Positions 59,493 to 64,000 of a stretch of 64,000 bases of DNA are shown here, piece after piece. Positions within the stretch are counted from its first letter, which is position 1; each line of letters opens with the position of its first letter. This stretch comes from Halobacteriales archaeon QS_4_62_28 (lineage in GTDB: Archaea > Halobacteriota > Halobacteria > Halobacteriales > Haloarculaceae). The DNA is taken from NCBI GenBank assembly GCA_003021685.1, contig PXRO01000006.1, positions 6,377 to 70,376 on the forward strand. Reading direction: 5' to 3'. The notes below the pieces were generated by a model. That model had not been told where the DNA came from and did not search any database. It saw only the letters and a program-made list of their open reading frames with translations. The position numbers and the translations under genes are program-made.

Positions 59493-60290
59493 TTACCCTC
59501 TTTGTTCATCTTGATATAAATATTTATACGATATCTTTTTAATAAATTTAGGGAGTAAGATAGCATATAACATTAATTTCCTTCTAACAGGAAATGATGA
59601 TCGGGTAATAGCTAACAAGCCACAGACGGTATTTGATAAAATAGATTGTATTGGAGAAGTATTTCCTTGGACACTATTTTCCCGTTGATATACAGTCACA
59701 AGTTCTTTATCAATATTTGCCAGTCTAAACTGGAGTAATCTAGTCCATAGCTCATAATCTTCCCAACGATAGTCGCGGTAGCCACCAACCTTTTCAACTA
59801 AAGAACGGCGCATCATAACTGCCGGATGGACCAGTGCCGAAGCATCAATGAGTTTTTTTTCAATCTCTCTGTGCGTTGTCGGCTTTCTGTCACTCCACGA
59901 CTCTCGTGTGCTTGGGTAGATACGCTTAACCGCAGTACCCACAGCAGCAACTTCTGGATTTGAGTTGAGAAATTCCACCTGACGTTCAAAGCGTTTAGGG
60001 TGAGAAACTGTATCAGCATCAACTCTGGCAATGTATTCTCCGTCAGCTTCCTTGATCCCCCTATTGAGTGATTGAACAATTCCCTTAGAATGCACTAATG
60101 AAATACGGCTGTCTGAAACCGAGTTGACGTATTCAATGGTACCGTCGGTTGACCCTCCATCAAGAATAATTACTTCAAAATCACTATATGTCTGTTTTAG
60201 TACTGACTGAATGCATTTCTCAATATAATCAGCATCATTCAATGTCGGGAGTAAAACCGAAACCTGATAATTGTTTTGGGACTCAGACAT
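59493..60290 (-). CDS. GT2 glycosyltransferase, AT-rich
   Basis: VSVLLPTLN, LDGGSTDGT, LNRG, ARVDAD, HPAVM, EDYELW. Confidence 0.88.
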   Translation of the reverse strand: MSESQNNYQVSVLLPTLNDADYIEKCIQSVLKQTYSDFEVIILDGGSTDGTIEYVNSVSDSRISLVHSKGIVQSLNRGIKEADGEYIARVDADTVSHPKRFERQVEFLNSNPEVAAVGTAVKRIYPSTRESWSDRKPTTHREIEKKLIDASALVHPAVMMRRSLVEKVGGYRDYRWEDYELWTRLLQFRLANIDKELVTVYQRENSVQGNTSPIQSILSNTVCGLLAITRSSFPVRRKLMLYAILLPKFIKKISYKYLYQDEQRG

Positions 60291-60301
60291 ATCTGAGATC
60301 C

Positions 60302-60660
60302 TCAATCTTTTTTCCACGTCATTTGAGATCTCTCTGACCTCAATTGTGCTTGGAGCAAACTAATGATGTCATTATTAAAACTCTCAATGTTGTTTTTCAC
60401 ATTTATCATCTGTTTCCTCTCTTCAATTTCTGGCGCTTGTTTATATGTGTCTTGGGAATTCCAGACTGATTCATAAACGATAGAGAGATCATCGTCCATT
60501 TTGAAAATGCATCGAAGAGATCTTCTTTTTCAAGTCTTTTCTCAACTAGATTGTACTCCCACTCCTTTCCGATAAATAGTGTTAAACCATTTGAAACGAT
60601 GACATCGTAGCTTGAGTCGACGAATTTGAGGGCTGAAATTCCGATAACGCCTGTTGGACT
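60302..60660 (-). pseudogene. AT-rich 3' remnant of a gene truncated by the adjacent IS
   Basis: Short broken frames ending next to the GT2 start, abrupt composition change at the IS boundary; product not identifiable. Confidence 0.4.
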
Positions 60661-60683
60661 GCATAATGCGAGCTTATCATAGA

Positions 60684-61207
60684 ATGCACTGTTTTCGGCT
60701 CGAAGAGAATTACAGCTACCGTGAAACGCCGAATCGGTTGGAGTACATGGCGGAGATCCGTGACGCCCTTGACCTTTATCAAGACCATCTGCCGGATCAC
60801 ACAACGATCTACAAATCGTTTGACCGGCTCGAAATATGGGTTTGGCGGGCGCTGCTACGCATTTCCGCGCAGCAGCACCCGCAGTCTGGCCGCGCCGCAT
60901 CTCTTGTCGTCCTTGACGTACACATTTCGGCCCGGTGGAAACACGATACGAAGACCGGGCCGCAGGTCGTCCGCCGGAATGCGGACAACCTGCTGTCCGT
61001 GGCTGCTGACAAGGCATTACACAACTGGATCACGAAATACGAGTTCTATGCACTCGGTGTCGAGCCACTCATCTTACAGCGTGGATCGAGACCGTTGACA
61101 TAAGGTCACAATGCGCTCATCCGAGCAAAAGGTTACTCTCAGCGCTGGATGGCCGAGACTTCGTATTCGACAATGAAGCGCTCGCTCAGCGATACCGTGC
61201 GAGCGCT
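60684..61207 (+). mobile_element. Degenerate IS5-family transposase (internal deletion and stop)
   Basis: SYRETPNRLEYMAEI, PDHTTIYKSFDR, WRALLR, HDTKTGPQ, ADK, then after TAA at 61101 YSQRWMAETSYSTMKR. Confidence 0.8.
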
Positions 61208-61226
61208 CTTTTCGCCAGTATACGGG

Positions 61227-62084
61227 TCACTTCCCGTGGCTATCATATAGGTCACTCGCCGAAACGAACGCTGATGACTCGATAGGGTTGAGCAACCGCT
61301 CGGCGCGCTTACGGAACACCGCACCGCTGTTTGACAATTCTTCGTGGTACACAGTCGCATCGTAGGGGTGCATGTACATTGAGAGGCCCGACACCGTGTC
61401 CCGGAGCCATGAGAGGGCGTGTAGCCCGGAACAACCACGTCTATCAGTGCGTAGATTATTCGCTGTCGCTGTAAGGTTACGGTCCGGGAATAGCCGCAGG
61501 CCGGTTAACGAAAGCAATGGTGGTCGACCGTATGTCGTCGGCAATTCAAAAAGCCCTGATTCGAGTATAAAAGGGTCCCGTCGGCTGGTGAGCGAATCTG
61601 GGAGATAGTCGGTGTACCGAACATTGATGGAGGAATCCATTTCGAAACCAAGATCTGCGAGAACGGAGAACGTCGCTTTGTTGGCACTATGTCGACCGGC
61701 ACGAAACGCGGTTATCTCGTGTTCGGATATCTTTGCTGCCCGAGCGAGCGCGATCCGGGTCTCAGTGATCAGTTCACGCTGGCGGTCTTTGTCTAGTTCT
61801 GCCAACTGGTCGTGCTCGTGGCCGAACTCCCGAGGATGGACGTGGACACCGATCTCGTGATCGGCCGCGAGAGCATTAATTACGCCTGGCAGTTCTGTGG
61901 CGATTCGGTGAGTCGCATAGACGTTCCCACGTGGGATCACCTGATCGAACCAGTCCATCGCCCCAGCGACGCCATCAAGGCTATCGTCCTTGTTCGGCTC
62001 CAGATCAACTGAGAATGCGATCCAGTCTGGCATCAACGGGAGGTAGGCGGTCACTGATATTTTGTCTTGTCTTTGGACACTCAC
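61227..62084 (-). CDS. Polysaccharide deacetylase family protein
   Basis: SVDLE, HEIGVHVH, FRAG, DSS, YMHP; start may be ATG 62033. Confidence 0.8.
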   Translation of the reverse strand: MSVQRQDKISVTAYLPLMPDWIAFSVDLEPNKDDSLDGVAGAMDWFDQVIPRGNVYATHRIATELPGVINALAADHEIGVHVHPREFGHEHDQLAELDKDRQRELITETRIALARAAKISEHEITAFRAGRHSANKATFSVLADLGFEMDSSINVRYTDYLPDSLTSRRDPFILESGLFELPTTYGRPPLLSLTGLRLFPDRNLTATANNLRTDRRGCSGLHALSWLRDTVSGLSMYMHPYDATVYHEELSNSGAVFRKRAERLLNPIESSAFVSASDLYDSHGK

Positions 62085-62096
62085 GCGTACAAATAG

Positions 62097-63191
62097 TCAG
62101 ATCTGTTTAGCAGTTTCGACAAGTGAGTTAGCGTACTGCTTGCGCAGGCGGTCTGGGTTGAACCGCTCGCCAAGCGCAATTGGATCGTAGTCCTGGGTGA
62201 GCAATTCAGGCAACTCCGTGGTTTTTTCGAAAGTAGCGCTGGCAACCAGTGAACAGTCACCCACATCGCGGGCGACGGTAGGGGTACCGCAGGCTGCCGA
62301 CTCCAGCAGAACGTTAGGCAGCCCCTCGATAAGAGACGGATGGACAACTAAGTCGGCAGCGCGGTAGTAGTCCGCTATCTTGGTGAAGTCAACCCGACCG
62401 AGTGGCTTGACACCGTGTGTTGCTTTAATTTCTTCACGCATCGGTCCTTCGCCGAGGACATACCAGCGGAAGGGCTTGCCGCGGTCATATAGCGTCTCGG
62501 CGGCTTTGATGAGTGCAGGTATACCTTTGCGTTTTGTGAGCCGACCAACCGTTAGGAGGACACGCTTGCTGGTCGGAAAGCCGACTTCCTGTGAGAGTTC
62601 TCGTTCACGCTCTACCGGAACTGGCGAGAACTGCTCACGATCAACCGGCTGTGGAATCTCGACAATTTGCACGTTATCGGCGCGCTTCGCTATCTCTGAG
62701 CGGCCGTATGGCCCGAGGACGATGACTCGGTCACTCCATTGTATCGGCACACGTCCGATGACGTTGTTCAGGCCGAACGTCTTCACTCTGTCCATGCCTG
62801 AGGAGAACCGAAACTCTCGGAAATTATCGCCTGCGAATCGAGTGACGACAGGCGTGTCGGTCCGCTGGCCTGCAATCGTCGTTGCACAGCCATGTAGAGG
62901 GAACTTCGTCACCTGAAAAAGAAGATCGATCTGGTTTGACCTCGCATACTGAGTGATGCCGCTCGTGAGCGTTTTGAGTGTATTAATCGCACGGCCCGGC
63001 TGGTCAAAGCCTGGGTCATAATCATTGTACCCCTCAGGAACATTAATTTCGTCTTGTAATAGGAGTGTGAGTTCGAATCGAGTAGAATGTGTTTCGAGAA
63101 GGTCCTTGAGATTATTCAGAAACGTTCTGACGTTCCCCGGCAGACGTGTTCCACCGACGATGCCGACGTGAACAGGGGTTGCCGAACTCAT
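62097..63191 (-). CDS. GT4 glycosyltransferase
   Basis: VGRLTKRKG, GEGP, HPSLIEGLPNVLLES. Confidence 0.88.
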   Translation of the reverse strand: MSSATPVHVGIVGGTRLPGNVRTFLNNLKDLLETHSTRFELTLLLQDEINVPEGYNDYDPGFDQPGRAINTLKTLTSGITQYARSNQIDLLFQVTKFPLHGCATTIAGQRTDTPVVTRFAGDNFREFRFSSGMDRVKTFGLNNVIGRVPIQWSDRVIVLGPYGRSEIAKRADNVQIVEIPQPVDREQFSPVPVERERELSQEVGFPTSKRVLLTVGRLTKRKGIPALIKAAETLYDRGKPFRWYVLGEGPMREEIKATHGVKPLGRVDFTKIADYYRAADLVVHPSLIEGLPNVLLESAACGTPTVARDVGDCSLVASATFEKTTELPELLTQDYDPIALGERFNPDRLRKQYANSLVETAKQI

Positions 63192-64000
63192 ATCTTCGTT
63201 TTTTGTTTAGAAAACTGATCGTTGATCGCTGATGTCTCGTATGTTTGTCCAGCAGTGGAACATAACTTTTCGAATGTTGTTAAGCCGTCAGCCAATTCCA
63301 TACAGGCGGGATGTGCGAGCACTGTCGCTATTTCATTTTCTTCGTTCCATCGTTGGATGCTTTCGAAAACCCAATTGAGCCATTCGTTCGGTTTGTACGA
63401 AGAATTGCCAAATGGGCCTTCAAAATCTCCCTTTGAAACGAACTCCGGCGTGCGAAAGGAATGGTAGACGTGTTCGTGATCCGGCGGTGTGTTGACGGGT
63501 ACTACCGTCACGCCGTCTTCTTGACGCACTCGCTGGTCCGGACCGATAGCGTCAGAGAAGTGTGTAATACCGTGTAACGCCAGCAGCGAAGCAGTGTACT
63601 CGCCGTGGCGATACGCGTGATCACGCCACGCGGTGACATTTACATCGAGTGATTCCAGCACGTCGATAGTCCGCTCGATCTCCCAGGACTGGAACCACTT
63701 CGGCCCGTTCCACGACCCGATTCGTCCACCCGTCATTTTCTCGAGCGCACGCCAAGCGGTGTGAACCGGTGTGGTGAACGCCCAGTAGTTGTGCCCACCG
63801 ATTTCGACGTTGTCCATCGCAGCTAATCGTTTCATCGCGTCGGGTTCCTCGGCAACACACTTCCCGGTACAAAAGAGCGTCACGGGAACATCGTACTCGG
63901 CGGCAATCTCTGCGTATTCGATGGCTGCCTGGACTTCAGTCCCGTCGAGATACGACTGGTCGCGTGTTTCCATCGACATGTGATGGACATCACCCGTGAT
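63188..64000 (-). CDS. Polysaccharide deacetylase-like protein (5' end outside window)
   Basis: Frame open to window end (ITGDVHHMS...), TLFCTG, EIGGH, LAHP. Confidence 0.75.
   Translation of the reverse strand: MTGDVHHMSMETRDQSYLDGTEVQAAIEYAEIAAEYDVPVTLFCTGKCVAEEPDAMKRLAAMDNVEIGGHNYWAFTTPVHTAWRALEKMTGGRIGSWNGPKWFQSWEIERTIDVLESLDVNVTAWRDHAYRHGEYTASLLALHGITHFSDAIGPDQRVRQEDGVTVVPVNTPPDHEHVYHSFRTPEFVSKGDFEGPFGNSSYKPNEWLNWVFESIQRWNEENEIATVLAHPACMELADGLTTFEKLCSTAGQTYETSAINDQFSKQKTKI

Overview
High-GC chromosomal window from a halophilic archaeon (Halobacteria; very acidic proteins, many TATA boxes ~30 nt upstream of leaderless starts, Tat signal peptides). In order: sugar-oxidation genes (Gfo/Idh/MocA fragment, glucose dehydrogenase, TrmB); a glycosylation plus FbpABC-type iron ABC transporter cluster carrying TTTAGG-N4-CCTAAA (DtxR/IdeR-type) palindromes; acyl-CoA/PHA precursor genes (phaB-like reductase, pccB/pccX, Ser-type thiolase plus DUF35 subunit, ADP-forming acetyl-CoA synthetase); dpsA; a bioB-bioU-(spondin)-bioF-bioD biotin cluster; pssA, thrC, DHH protein, tRNA-Lys(CTT) with a downstream tRNA-derived repeat; the leuA-ilvBNC-leuCD-leuB cluster; a glpR-pfkB/PfkB-kinase-fba fructose cluster; and from ~55.7 kb a lower-GC surface-glycan island with IS6 and IS5 remnants. 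Most notable: (1) leuA has no usable in-frame start, and a leaderless 25-codon ORF overlaps it out of frame with its only Leu codon in a GTT-CTT-C +1 shift context, suggesting leucine-linked programmed frameshifting; (2) a Val/Leu/Ile-rich leader peptide with a stop-codon hairpin precedes ilvB (possible archaeal attenuator); (3) a candidate iron regulon links Fe uptake to a three-enzyme glycosylation module and an unannotated 52-aa protein. All assignments are by eye from motifs; no database searches were run.
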